The notes: generated by a model not told the origin, from the letters alone. A stretch of 64,000 nucleotides of DNA from Coniocarpon cinnabarinum (GCA_051942205.1 JAVECO010000076.1:1-64000), one strand, 5' to 3'; positions 23,600-35,697 are shown, counted from the stretch's first letter. A program made the numbers and translations.

Positions 23600-25486
23600 G
23601 ATGTTGGGAGGGCTACCCCGGCCGTCAAGCTAGACACTGCCAATCCTACATTTTATGAAAGTGTCTCGTGAAGCATTTTATCTATTTGGCCAGTGTGTAT
23701 ACGGCGAGCCTTGGTCTCAGCACTTCAGCAAAATTATACGGCTATCACGCATTCAGTCGACGTCCGTAAGGGAGCTCGTACTCTATGAATGACAAAACCA
23801 TATCGACACTATCTGTCCAGGGTGCAATCCGTGTTTCCCAAACGTAGATTTGTCACGACCTCGGACCCTGTGAAGATGTGTGCGCTCGCAGAATCCCTCG
23901 CTATGCTCAGGAGGTAGGTAGGTATTGTATCCGAACTTGTTCAGTCGCCCGCTCTTTTCGTGAAATGAAAGCAACTTCACTTTGCCATCCCCCTAGCTGC
24001 CGAATGCCGAGCAAGGAGATTCGACAGCCCGGAGTCGTACTATGGTGAGCTCGGAATATGACCGACACTCAAAAGTGTCAATGATCGCACGCTTGATCAG
24101 CCGGCCCGAAGAAGCCGAGACACTGCGCGTAGATTCGCATAGGAAGAGGTAACAAGAATCTGAGGAAGGTTTAGCGGAAGCGTCTGGATCCGTACGCCTC
24201 AAAACTTTGGGGTTGTGTGGAGCAAAGGGGAGACCAGTCGTCGAGGTCTATCGAGATGCGGGTATTCTCGATGCTGGCCGACCTCTTTGCTCGGTCGTAT
24301 ATGTCTATCCTCGTCACTTGAATCCAAACAACAAGTCGAAAAAAGCTGCTTAGTCATCTGGGTCGCTATTCCTCCTCAAATCTTGCCAGTCAGCAGATAA
24401 AAGTTCAGTCGCAATAATTGTGTGATAGGAGACTCACGTTTCATATATAACTTCGCTATTAGTCAAGACCTGCTTAACTTACTAGGAGTTCTATAGTGAC
24501 AGTCAAATAGGATTTAGGTTTACATTACGAAAATTGGGAGTCTCTTGCTAGGAATCACGCAGGAAACGCAACAACATTGGCACTGTCGTACTCGTGCCAA
24601 GTCAACGAACCCGCATGAAGCATTCTCGATGGCGTACGCACAGATATGATCATGTTGCATATTGATGCGCTACTACTCGAACAAATTTTCAAGAATTCAA
24701 CTTATTGAAAGGAAGGGCTGAATCCCGTCACGTCTTTCGGACTTATTTATGAGATATTTGGGAGCTCATGCACGAATAGGGTAATTTCATATGCGTGCAA
24801 CGATACCTAGGGCTTGCTCGTTCTTTAAGATAATATGTCTGGAGTAACAAGCTTTGTCGTCGTTGACCAGAGTCATTGTCTTGGCCTGGAAACTATGAAA
24901 TGATTGCATATTTAAGCGATTTATGATGGTAACCGTATGTGATTACTGTGAAGATGCGGAAAAATTGCTAAACATGCTCACTAGTGCGGCAAAAGGACTT
25001 TTAACATTACACAGCATGTAGCTGCACTAAGTTGTTGATGGTGATGATGATGATGAAGGGAATGCTTCTGACCACTACGACTTAGATCCAACGGTCGTCC
25101 TCGCAAGTGATCATTTTTTCATGATGAAGCTGTTCGAACGAAATGATTCATGCGCCCCTTTAAGGCGAGAGCCATGTTTTTTGTGAGTGAGCCTTTCATA
25201 CTCCAAAGTCCGCATGCCGCTCTGACGGCAAAGGCACATCGCGAATTTAATAGTCTCCCAATCTGCGATAAGATTAACGCAAGTCTGTGAGCTGATAGTC
25301 TGACTTGATTAACCAAAAGGACGCGAGCTTTTCCAACAAGCTACAGGGGCAATGCAGCCGTCAGCCAGTATCCGGTATCAAATCGTGAAAACGCCTAATG
25401 TGCTCCGCCGCCTCAGTTAAAGGCCAGGCTAGCGCAAGAGCGAGTTCGTATCTGACAAATACCTTGCCCCCAAGAAGAAAAGGCTC

Positions 25487-27046
25487 TTAAATCTTCTCGG
25501 TGGTAATATCCAAACGATCTGGACTGCTGCCTTCCGCCTCAGGACGCCCAACAGAAGACTTGGCACGCTGCATCATTCTCCTAGAGACCTTGACTGGCTG
25601 AAGAGCGTTGCTGCTGTTTCGAAAAATCTCATCCATCTCTTCCAGGGTCCTTTGATTGGTCTCTGGAAAAAAGAAATACACGACAGGTATGATCAAGAAC
25701 AAGTTGATGGCGGCGTAGAGGATGTAGTAACGACCAGCAATGTCTGCCAGCACTGCGGGCGTCATCTCTGCAACAACGAAGTTCGACATCCACACGGTGC
25801 CCGTGGACACGCTGGTGATGTACACACGAACGTTGAGAGGCGAGATCTCGGAGGCGTACAAGAAACTGAGTCCAAGAAAGCCCACGGGAAAGAAGGTACT
25901 GAAGAGGAAAATGAAAGCCCCGGCTGCGGCCACCGCACTTCGATTGCCCGTCGCCGATGAGGCCCCTGCTACTATCGCCATGCAGCAACCCATACCGAGC
26001 GCGGAAAAGAGCATCAACTTCCTTCTCCCAAAACGATCAACGGTCAGTATGCCAATCGGAGAGCAGAGCGTCTGCCATGTGAAAACGCTTGCAGCGAGAA
26101 TTCGCGCGTCTATCGGCTCGAAATGCAAATATTGCTGGAAGATTGATGTTTGAAAATAAGCTATGGCATTAATTCCGCACATTTGCTGGGAGAAGCCAGC
26201 AAATGAGGCCAAGCAGACACGATTGAACATCCGAAGCTGTCCCATCTTGAAGATGTCTGAAAAGTTCCCTTCACCAGAGACTCTCAACGTTTCTTCAATC
26301 TCAGCGATGGCGAAGGTGACCTCTTCTGAGTGTTGATCGGCGTCTGTGATAGCAGCTAGTACGTCTCTGGCATCAGAGATTCTCCCTTTTTTCACCAGCC
26401 ATCGAGGCGACTCGGGCACGAACCGAAGTGCAGCAAGCACGAGGATACCCCAAAAAATCGACATGGACAACGGAAACCGCCACGTGACCGAGCCTTCAGC
26501 GAAACCTACCCCAAAACTGACCCACGCTTGTAGAGCAAGCCCGAGACTGATGAACAAGGACTCGACAATGACAGCCGAACCCCTATGCTCTGCTGTGCTG
26601 CATTCAGACTGCCAATTAGGGGCGGTGGCTGATAGTGCACCAAAGCCAAGACCAGTGACCAGACGGCCGACAATGAGCTGGGCCAGTGAATACGAAGCGG
26701 TTTGGAGAATTACACCAACGATCATGACCGAGATGCCTACGGCCATGGTTTTTCTGCGCCCGAGCGGGTCTGATATGAATATGCAGCTCAGAGAGCCGAA
26801 GAAGGCCCCCAGAGTATACATGGCCACGACAGTCCCCTGGATCTGGGCATTTGTTTGTTTGTGCGATCCAGACGTGTTGAGAGTGTCGATTCTCGGAAAG
26901 GTGGCCACCCAGGACTCGAGATCGAGGAGACTGCCTGCGATGCCATTGTTCCAGCCGAAGAGGGTGTAGGCAGGGAAGATGACGGCCCAGACCAGGCCCC
27001 ATTCCAGGCTCTTGCCTCGTAGACCAAACAGGTATGAGCCAGCCAT
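25487..27046 (-). CDS. MFS sugar porter (STL1-like hexose/polyol:H+ symporter)
   Basis: SDPLGRRK, IVGRLVTGLG, WQSECS, WRFPL, PESPRWL, QQMCGINAIAYF, VDRFGRRKL, YASEISPL, FFPET. Likely ATG at 27046; no introns. Confidence 0.96.
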   Translation of the reverse strand: MAGSYLFGLRGKSLEWGLVWAVIFPAYTLFGWNNGIAGSLLDLESWVATFPRIDTLNTSGSHKQTNAQIQGTVVAMYTLGAFFGSLSCIFISDPLGRRKTMAVGISVMIVGVILQTASYSLAQLIVGRLVTGLGFGALSATAPNWQSECSTAEHRGSAVIVESLFISLGLALQAWVSFGVGFAEGSVTWRFPLSMSIFWGILVLAALRFVPESPRWLVKKGRISDARDVLAAITDADQHSEEVTFAIAEIEETLRVSGEGNFSDIFKMGQLRMFNRVCLASFAGFSQQMCGINAIAYFQTSIFQQYLHFEPIDARILAASVFTWQTLCSPIGILTVDRFGRRKLMLFSALGMGCCMAIVAGASSATGNRSAVAAAGAFIFLFSTFFPVGFLGLSFLYASEISPLNVRVYITSVSTGTVWMSNFVVAEMTPAVLADIAGRYYILYAAINLFLIIPVVYFFFPETNQRTLEEMDEIFRNSSNALQPVKVSRRMMQRAKSSVGRPEAEGSSPDRLDITTEKI

Positions 27047-27776
27047 CGTGTCGGGCAGCGGCGCATCCAGCGGCAACGAAGGTGAGAGTGAGTGGCAACT
27101 GGAGAAAATGGTGTATGTGAGGCACTTTGAAGAAGCTACAGCAGTGTGAGAACCGTTGCTTTGCAGGGAGTAGTTGATCATGCGCACCGCGATTGCAGCC
27201 ATGCTCGAATGGGGAGGTGATCAGCAGCAGCATGCGGAGTGCCGACCAGTCGCAGGCGCGTCCAGTCCGCAAGGGTGATGATGTACCTGGAGATGGATGA
27301 AAAAAACACTCGCCGCAGCACGAGTTGGGTGGGGGCGTGGTGAACGTCCAGGGGTTCTGGGCCGCTATGCCCGCTGTTTCAGGGCTTCAACGCCCTTAAC
27401 ATTAGGGGCTATTCGTCGAGTTCCAACGCCCCGATTTAGGGCCTGTTGCGTTGCTGCCACAGCTGCTGTCTCAAGCTGCGTGAGTGGGTGAATTTAAAGT
27501 TCCGAGCTGCCTGGTAAGTTTCGTGCTCTCAATGGGCCGAACCGACGTCACGGACCACTTGTTCTCATCGGGGGGAGGTAGCGAGATTCATATGATGCTG
27601 TGATGCTGATGCCGTCGGCGTCTCTCGGTGGGCTAGACGTTCACCTGAGTCGCGGCATCGTCGCTTCGTCCTCAGAGAGCGTGCCCTGCACAGTAGCATC
27701 GAATCATTTTCCAAGCACGCGAACCCTGTGAGCTTGGCCACCGAGACCCTCGCCTCTCGCTATACCCGCCGTGTTC

Positions 27777-29254
27777 ATGGCAACCAAGTCATTGGCACGA
27801 TGGGCGACTGCTCTCGAATGGAGGGGCATCCCCCAGCGCACTCAGCGTGCTGCCATCGCGTCCCTGTATAATTATCTGGGCTGTGCCATCCACGGCAGTT
27901 CTCATCCAGCAGTCAAGAAGGCATCGAGGGCGCTTGAGCCGTTCTTTGGACCTCGCAATTGCTCGCTTCTTGGTTCCGAGCAGAAGGCTGATGCACAGCA
28001 TGCTGCGTTGCTCAACGGCATAGCTTCACACGTGCACGATGTGCGTGGTCGGCATGGCTCCGGCAATCTCTGCATCAGTCATGCTGACGATTCCGTAGTA
28101 CGATGACACACATCTAGAAACCATCATCCATCCATGCGGGCCGGTTGCCTCTGCCATTCTTGGCTACGCGCAGCACCGCGGTCACATTTCCGGACAAAAG
28201 CTTCTCACTGCGCTGGTCGCAGGAATCGAAGCGGAATGCAAAGCTGGCCTCTCAGTCTGGCCAGACCACTATGATGTAGGCTGGCACATCACGGTGAGCT
28301 CTCTTCAAAGTTTCTCCACGCTTCCACCCTGCCTTCAGCTAATCCGGCGGCCATGATCAGTCTTCGACAGGTAGTCTTGGAGCAGTGGTAGGCGTTGGCC
28401 GGCTGATGGACCTTACTGTTGACCAGATGGTGCATGCAATCGGTCTGGCGGCAGTGCAAGTGATTGGTCTGCGGGAGATGTTTGGCTCGGATACAAAGTC
28501 ATTCCATCCGGGCCGCGCTGCGCAAGCGGGACTGCTGGCTGCTCTCCTCGCGGAGAAGGGCTACACGTCGTCTGAGCAAGCCTTGGAAGCAAAAAGAGGT
28601 TGGGCAAACGTTGTCGACTGCAATGGCAGGCCTCGGCTCGACAAATATATGGCTGAGCTTGGCCAAGTGTGGGAGACTGACAAGAATAGTTTCAAACCCT
28701 TTCCTTGTGGTATTGTCAAACATCCTGCCATTGACGCTGCCATTCAAATCCACCAGAAGCTCAAACAGGAGGCATCGATGGTAGAGGCATTGAAGAACCT
28801 CGAAGTGCACTGTCGCGTTCACCCCTTAGTGATCGAGCTCACCAGCAAGCCAGCACCAAAGAATGGACTCGAGGCCAAGTTTTCGGTCTTCCACGGTGTT
28901 GCAGTTGGCCTCATCTACGGTAAAGCCGGACCATCACAATACACCGACCAGGTTGCCCGAGACCAAGCTATTATAGGTGTTCGAGAGTCTGTTAAGGTGT
29001 CAGCAGATGAGAACCTGCGATCAGACGAGGCTGTCGTGGTGGCCAAGGACGCTGCCGGAAACGAAGTAGCAAATGTGCACGTAGCGCATGCCATTGGATC
29101 GTTGAAGAAGCCCTTGGATGACAAGGACCTTGAGCAAAAGTTTCTGGACCAGGTTGGGCTATCCTTAGGAGTGCGGGGCGCTGAGGAAGCTTCATCAACG
29201 GCGTGGTCAATAGTCAAGGCTGAGGATATATCGCAGCATCTTCAAAATCTTTGA
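27777..29254 (+). CDS. MmgE/PrpD family protein (IRG1/cis-aconitate decarboxylase-like)
   Basis: ALLNGIASHVHD|YDDTHLETIIHP, GWHIT|SSTG, TKSFHPGRAAQ, FKPFPCGIVKHP, LEAKFS. Introns 28041-28098 and 28294-28360. Confidence 0.93.
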
Positions 29255-29305
29255 TAAAACATGTATGATTGGTTCAATAGTTTTGACCACTTAGATGCGG
29301 CACGG

Positions 29306-29899
29306 TCAACCTGCCAGCGCTTTCTGCATCAGCTCTGCAGGCCGACCGTCCATCTTCATATTTTGGGCCATGTCTCGACCCTGAGTGCTCATTTTAAGCC
29401 AGGTTTTCTTTAGTATATTGATAATCTTCTCTTCGTCGTGATTTTTCTCAAAATCCTCAAACTGATCATCGAGGAAAACTAGACAAGCAACGTCCTCAAG
29501 CGCCATCGTCTCTTCGTCTTGCTTGAGATCTTCCTTGCGGATGAGGAAGGCGACTCGGTCAGCCTCAGCATCCGAGTATGCGCACTCGAGACATATCTCT
29601 CTGGCTTGTTCTGCTTGTCTTTTCTTGAGGAACGATCGCCAAGAATGATAACCAACTTTGGTCATTGGGTACGACGACCGCGGCACTTCGAAGCGGCGAA
29701 AGTGTTGAGCACGAACGGCGAGAGCGAGCGTCTCTGAAGCATCCGGTGCGCGTTTCTGCAGATAGTTGGTCATTTTGTCGGCGTAGTGAAGCTCGTACGG
29801 CATTTCAGCACCTGCAACTGAGACCTTGTTCGGATCCTCTGCGTGTGCCGCATCAATCGCTTTCAAGGCTTGCGAGAATCGATGTGAATGCATTTTCAT
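29306..29899 (-). CDS. DUF4202 family protein
   Basis: AIDAAHAEDPN, PYELHYADKM, LAVRAQH..RFEVPRSSYP, LEDVACLVFL, KKTWLKMS. Start at 29899 or 29893. Confidence 0.88.
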   Translation of the reverse strand: MKMHSHRFSQALKAIDAAHAEDPNKVSVAGAEMPYELHYADKMTNYLQKRAPDASETLALAVRAQHFRRFEVPRSSYPMTKVGYHSWRSFLKKRQAEQAREICLECAYSDAEADRVAFLIRKEDLKQDEETMALEDVACLVFLDDQFEDFEKNHDEEKIINILKKTWLKMSTQGRDMAQNMKMDGRPAELMQKALAG

Positions 29900-30210
29900 C
29901 CGTAAACGGGCCAGTGGCCCTATGCGCTGAAGGGTTTGGATATTAGAAATGTGTATCAAGAATGCTGGGCGTGCTAGGGTAGGATTATGCATTCGGACAC
30001 AACTGCATCGGCCGAGAGATGATTCAGATAAGGTAGTAATGACATCGGCTTTCAAATCTCTAGTCCTGTCTTCAAGTTTGGATTCTTCTAACAGCTCAGT
30101 ATTCACAACTCCCCTTCAGGCCCGGATACGATAACTTTCAACGACATCTAAAAAGCTTCCGACTGTCGATAAGATACTCTGATATTAATTGCTGTCGTCC
30201 AATCGCACAC

Positions 30211-30709
30211 ATGGCTACCGCAAACGCCATTGGTGAGCTTCGGGACCACTCTGCTTATACAGTGCGCTCGTTGTATCGACAACTGTTACGTCAAGGCCGC
30301 CAATTTGCTGCGTATAACTTTCGCGAATATGCGAGGAGAAGAACACGAGATGCTTTCCACGAGAACATGCATGTGACAGACGAGCGGAAGCAGCAAGAGT
30401 TATTGCAACGAGCATTGAAGGAGCTCCAAGTGATGAGAGTATGTCTGGAGACGCCCATGACAAGCCTTGCAGCCTTGTCCCACAACCATTCTATATCCTC
30501 TCATATGAACTGATCGTCGATGCACAGAGACAAACGGTAGTCAGCCAGTTCTTCCAGTTGGACCGGTTGGTTGTAGAAGGTCAAAAAACAGGACGACAGA
30601 CGGGAGATGAAGGCGGTATAGTACGGCAAAAGGACACTGGGTAAGCCTGTTCCTGTGGTTTCCCTTCATGTCTTTTAGAATGCTAATCACTTTGCTCAGG
30701 TGGGATTGA
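30211..30709 (+). CDS. ISD11: LYR-motif protein Isd11/LYRM4 (Fe-S cluster assembly, Nfs1 partner)
   Basis: [48 protein letters not shown]. Introns 30439-30527 and 30641-30699. Confidence 0.95.
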
Positions 30710-30851
30710 CCAACTCTTTTGCACTGTTCTATATATGTACCATACCAACAACTATGAATCTCAACCTCTCAAAGCAAATAGCAATTTGGACAGCCTCCAA
30801 GATCTTTGATGAGTCATACGTGGGGTTTGCTTCATCGATGACTGCGAACGG

Positions 30852-31523
30852 TCAATCTACTCCGAGGTTGCGTTCCTGCGCCGCGTTATGAGCAATCTCT
30901 TTCAAAACGGCTGCATCTAGTGCGCCAGGCGCCACGCTCTTTTTGTTCCGACGTCCTTTGCTATCCACCGGCATACGAGAGCTTGTCGGGCTGACCGTGT
31001 GTCTAGAGCCGGTACAGTTGTTAGGGATAGAGGGACGCGCCATTCGAAGGGTTTCACCGGATATTATGACTCGCTCTGTTGGAATCATTAGGAGGCCAAG
31101 TCGCTTATGCTTCGTACAGAGAAGACTCAACGAACCGTCGAGAACAACATTGTTCTTCTCTTCTCCAGATTTTGCTGAATGTTCGCTAGTGGACGGACAG
31201 CAGCTGTGGCTGTCATCATCAAAGCAAACCCTTCTAGTTGATTTGAGGCCCGAAGTATGAGAAACTTCATCCGCTTGCACGTTGCGCAGCGGCTGAGCTG
31301 CCTTTGCGTCAGCTCCTTCAGAGTACAAAATGGAGAGCGCATCTCTCAGAAGCTTACTAGAAATTCCTGGCGCAATGTCTAGAGACTGTTTGCCCTGAGC
31401 ATCGCTTGCTGGAGAGTAGGCGATACATGCTTCGAAGGCCATTTCTTCAGGATTTGGTTTTGGCCGGTGCTCCAACTCGCTTGATTTACAGTTCTTCTTC
31501 AATCGTTCGAAGAGGGAAAGCAC
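30852..31523 (-). CDS. Hypothetical protein (5' end uncertain)
   Basis: Open frame of 223 codons between ISD11 and LIP2, preceded by a possible acceptor (aattag). No recognisable motif. Confidence 0.4.
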   Translation of the reverse strand: MLSLFERLKKNCKSSELEHRPKPNPEEMAFEACIAYSPASDAQGKQSLDIAPGISSKLLRDALSILYSEGADAKAAQPLRNVQADEVSHTSGLKSTRRVCFDDDSHSCCPSTSEHSAKSGEEKNNVVLDGSLSLLCTKHKRLGLLMIPTERVIISGETLRMARPSIPNNCTGSRHTVSPTSSRMPVDSKGRRNKKSVAPGALDAAVLKEIAHNAAQERNLGVD

Positions 31524-31972
31524 TAATTCGGAGCATGCAACAGCTGCAGAAGACTCTTCAGGATGAATGGCCGCGGATGGGAATTTTAAAAGGTCGACTT
31601 GACGGCAGTGCTCGAATCAGGATTCTGTATGCCTACAAATATCTCCGCGATGAGAGAAAAGTCTACAAGATTACTACATCGAAAGACATCTGAGGTGGAT
31701 GTGAGTGCTCCATACAGATAAGGGCTTGCATGTTCAGCCAAGCGGAGCGGCCGTTGCCGAGAAGTGCCAGTAATCCAATACTCCAAAAAGAGCATGTGGC
31801 GGTTGTGCTCTTATTCTTAAGTAAGGTGATCGTGCAGATCCAATTTCACACACAGCAGCCGGTACACTAGCATAATGAGTGTAGAGAGTGCATAAGATCA
31901 AGCTGCAACGTGGTGCCTTGGCGGCACCCAATGGACAACATTGAACGTCTGCTCTCATTGATGATAGCTGAT

Positions 31973-32707
31973 CTACTCCGAGTCCAGATGTGAGCCTGCA
32001 ATGTGATCGCCAAGTATGTCGGCTTCCGTCACAGTTATAGCTTCGTCGATCATAAGCAGGCGCCGTAGCTCATCCACGAAATCATACGCCACCCCGTTCA
32101 CGGTCGTGCTTCTCTGCCCCAGCTCATGCAGGCTTGTTGTATGCTTCCCCTCCAGTCCACACGCCACGATCCTCTCGAACCACTTCATGTCCGTGCAGAT
32201 GTTGAGACCGATCCCATGGCTTGTCACGTTCCGGCGCAGATGCACGCCAAGTGCACAGATCTTGTGGTCAGCGTCCGTCCACACGCCCGGATTCTCCGTT
32301 CGGAAGCTATGCACATCATAGCGCGCACAGGTCCGAATGACGGCCTCCTCAAGCAAGTCGACATAGCAGCGAGCAGACAGCTGGTGTCTCTTCAGGTCGA
32401 GGACCGGATAGGCCACTAGCTGACCTGGTCCGTGGTAGGTGGTCTGTCCGCCTCGAAGGGCGCTGCGGAACTCGGCGGCGCCATTTGCACGCAGATGTGC
32501 CTCTTGCGAAGCACTCACATTGCCAATGTCCCGCCGGCCGGTCGTGTATACAGGGGTGAATTCGGCGGTGATAACGGTGGGCTGGGGAGCAAAAACAATC
32601 GATGGTTTCGCCTTGTGTGCTAGGAGACGTTTCACAAGCTTTTCTTGGAGACTGGCGGCGTGAACATATTTGGTGAGGCCTGGAAGGCGCAAATGCGCCA
32701 ATGGCAT
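31973..32707 (-). CDS. LIP2: Lipoyl(octanoyl) transferase LipB/Lip2
   Basis: PVYTTGRR, RGGQTTYHGPGQLVAYP, NPGVW, KICALGVH, TSHGIGLN, IVACGL. Confidence 0.96.
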   Translation of the reverse strand: MPLAHLRLPGLTKYVHAASLQEKLVKRLLAHKAKPSIVFAPQPTVITAEFTPVYTTGRRDIGNVSASQEAHLRANGAAEFRSALRGGQTTYHGPGQLVAYPVLDLKRHQLSARCYVDLLEEAVIRTCARYDVHSFRTENPGVWTDADHKICALGVHLRRNVTSHGIGLNICTDMKWFERIVACGLEGKHTTSLHELGQRSTTVNGVAYDFVDELRRLLMIDEAITVTEADILGDHIAGSHLDSE

Positions 32708-32887
32708 GCCTAGAGAAGGCGAACGTGAAAGTCCATCGGCCTGTGAGGGAGCGGAGAATAATGAGCTATACTAGGATACTACAAAGGGTAAGTTCACGTC
32801 CTAGCGTCTTCAAGACCGCCTTGCCGTTGACGGACACGAGGCACCGTTCGAAGAATCTTTGTTACCTCGGTGGCGTTCTCACAAGGC

Positions 32888-33577
32888 ATGGATGCGAGCA
32901 AATCCAGCTTGATCGCTCTACCAGTCGAACTGCGCCGCCAAATACTAAAGTACTTGCTCACCCCAACTGGCGCTGGTAGTTTAAGCAACCGTACACAATG
33001 CGCTATACTGCGCGCAAACCGCCTTCTCCACGAAGAAGGTACCAACATCCTCTACACCAGCGACATTCGCCAGCAGCTTCCCATACCGGCTCGTCGGCTT
33101 AGATTGCCCCCCCGAGTAGTCCTGCGCCAACTCCACCATATTCACCTAGATTTGATCTATGTCACCCGCAACCGCGGCGAATGCGCAAGCCGACTCCGGA
33201 CACGTGACTTTGAGGAAATGCTGTGGGAAAATGAGAAGTTGGCACGGACATTAGTGGAGCCCGACCATGCCGGCGTGCGACTCAAACGACTGCACATTGA
33301 GCTTCAGGCTGTTAACGTCCGCAAGGCGGGAGGGAGAGCCTTCAAAGCCGACAGGCTGTTGGCCGAAATGCGACTGGTCCTCGTCCCGTTGGCATACCTC
33401 CCCAAATCCGTGAATGTCACAATGGGCGGGTTCGACACGGTGCCGTTCGTGGACGACTTTAATGCGATGAGGGAGGAGCTGGCAGGTCGTGGACTGACCA
33501 GGACGAACACTGAAGCTGGACAGAAGGTGTCGTGGGATTACGGTCTTTTGAGAGCTGGCTTCACTCCGCCAGATTGA
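32888..33577 (+). CDS. Hypothetical protein with N-terminal F-box-like motif
   Basis: SSLIALPVELRRQILKYLL followed by AILRANRLLHEEGTNILY, a pattern typical of Pezizomycotina F-box-like proteins. Confidence 0.7.
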   Translation: MDASKSSLIALPVELRRQILKYLLTPTGAGSLSNRTQCAILRANRLLHEEGTNILYTSDIRQQLPIPARRLRLPPRVVLRQLHHIHLDLIYVTRNRGECASRLRTRDFEEMLWENEKLARTLVEPDHAGVRLKRLHIELQAVNVRKAGGRAFKADRLLAEMRLVLVPLAYLPKSVNVTMGGFDTVPFVDDFNAMREELAGRGLTRTNTEAGQKVSWDYGLLRAGFTPPD

Positions 33578-34403
33578 CCTTACTCGCCATTCGAGGATGC
33601 TGGACAGACTTTGCAGGCCTAATAAAGGGTCCGTAATCTAATTCGACCGTGATGCAACTCGTCAGTGACATGGGTAGGCTCATCGTATTTTCCTTTTTTT
33701 GACGCGTGTCTGCAGAACACGACTATTGTCTCAGAGATGTGTCAATGCTGTAGATGCGGGACCTCTAGCTAGCTTGTTAGACCCGCAGGTATTTTGCTGC
33801 CATGCCAGTCGCGCTTCCTGAAAACACGTCTAAACATGGCACCCTAGCCTAGTCGCAGCTTGGTTCTGACTAAATGATCTTGAAAACGGAGTACGCAGGC
33901 TAGTCCCGAAAGTCGACTCTGCCACGTGAATGCAGAAACCGCCAGATTATTGTCTCGCAATTTGAAGTTTTACTGAGACTCTGAGATACGGCATGACCTG
34001 CACAATGAAGGCTGGCTTTGCGTAAGTCTCAGGTTATCAAACCATCTAAGTGCAAGCTTTAAGGGCAAAGCGAAATGAGCCATATTCAACCATTTACCAT
34101 TTGATTAAGGGGAAAAAGAGTAGGTAGAAAGTGCCTCCTGTACATTTGAGAATTCAAAATAGTCTTCACCTCGAAGATGTCGAACAAAGCCCATCTGTTC
34201 TTACTCTTGTCAAGTCCAAGCTCAAACAATAATTCAAGCCATGTGCGCATCCCTCATACAAATGTGTACACACCTGCACACAGCGCTTCACCACATGCTT
34301 TCGTCGCGCAGAGAGCACATTGCCAAAGTGTCGTTGCCCTACGTTGATTGCATACTATGCCACAGCCAATTTTGCTGAAATTTCAGCGGCAAGCGCAATG
34401 CAG

Positions 34404-35697
34404 TTATGTGGGATAGTGGAATCCCTTTTGACCCCAGGACACCAGATCGTAAGGCTGCCGTTCAGTAGAAGCTGGCAACATGCATGCAGGCATCGGCTCC
34501 GGTCGTCTGTCTCGATCTATGAGAGATTTGTCAGCTCTGTGTGCAAAATCAATTTCGAGGGATTGTGGTTCAAACTGACGAAATTTAGCTCGGTGATAGT
34601 CGATCAAGTCCGTCAGGTCCCAGGCATTGATCCTGTCATAGTAGGCAGCCTTCACACAGTCTGTGAGGAGTTTGCTAACGCCATAGCCACGCAGTTCCAT
34701 GAGGAGGGAGCGAGAGAATATCGGCATACCATGATCGACGTCGAAATGGGCCCCCGCCAGAATGGCCATTGTAGCACCGACTAAAGAGATATGTTAGCAT
34801 GTATCGCTCACAAAGTATTTTCGCGTCAGGGAGCAATTGTACATACGAAATCGACGGTCACTCTCGTATGCGTCTCTGCGGCTAGGTTCTATGATTGCGT
34901 TGCCAAAATCTCCGAGTACGACCCTTGGGAAATTGGGATCGCTGCTTTTGGAACTGAGAAAGATATTGCCCTCATGAACATCGTCTAAGAACGAAAATTA
35001 GTTTTGGGCAAAAGCGTGAGAAGAGGGATTTAGGAGATCTCACTGTGTGCTATGCGCTGCCATCCACGAGCAACGCCAGGAAAGTTCCTGCCTGGCTCCC
35101 AGGTCCGTCCATAGTGCATATAGCACAATGCAGAGGCGATATCCTTTGAGGCCTTGAACAAGAAGTCTTGGGGGAGGCGCGAAAAGCCAAGACGCGTTGC
35201 CCGAGTGAAAAGATCTTTCAGTGTCTTCGAATAGAATGTCAGCAGGCTGCTTGAGGATCAGGAAAGGAGGAAGCTGGATTTACCCCAAGATCACAGTACT
35301 CGTAATACAAAGTTGCAACTTGTCCGGGACCATTTCTGCTCCAGTACTTGAGCTTGTTGATGCGCGAATGGTCACCAAGTATACTCGCAATGAAGACTTC
35401 CTCGTCAAATACGCCCTCACTGACCGCGTTTGGGGAAACTTTCTTCCGAATATAATAGACTTTATCCAATTTGTGTTTGAAAAGGCTTATGCCGCGGTTG
35501 TTTCTGCCATCGTTGACAATGTCGCGCTTGAATTCGAGCTTCGATGAGGGGGCCTGGTCGTGCATGATGTTGGTCTTCAAAGCTTTGTTGTGAACTTTCT
35601 CAGTGAGAATTGACTCGAGATTGTTCGGAAGGTAAAAAATACCAGCAGGTCTTGCAGCTCTGGACGGACCTCTGTTCTCTAGGACTGCTACTGCCAT
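34404..35697 (-). CDS. Atypical Ser/Thr protein kinase-like protein
   Basis: Spliced model (introns 35283-35225, 35043-34985, 34846-34781) stays in frame: IRKK, YYEYCDLG|TLKDL, ASALCYMHYG, IAHNDVHEGNIFL, VVLGDFGNA, DRRFLG. Confidence 0.8.

Noticed and set aside
23600..25486. Gene or C/D snoRNA in the 1.9-kb intergenic region (ATGATGA...CTGA near 25121-25224)
   Set aside because: No coherent ORF, and I could not identify an rRNA-complementary guide or terminal stem.
27777..29254. Itaconate biosynthetic cluster
   Set aside because: No mitochondrial carrier, P450 or regulator nearby; MmgE/PrpD membership alone does not establish decarboxylase activity.
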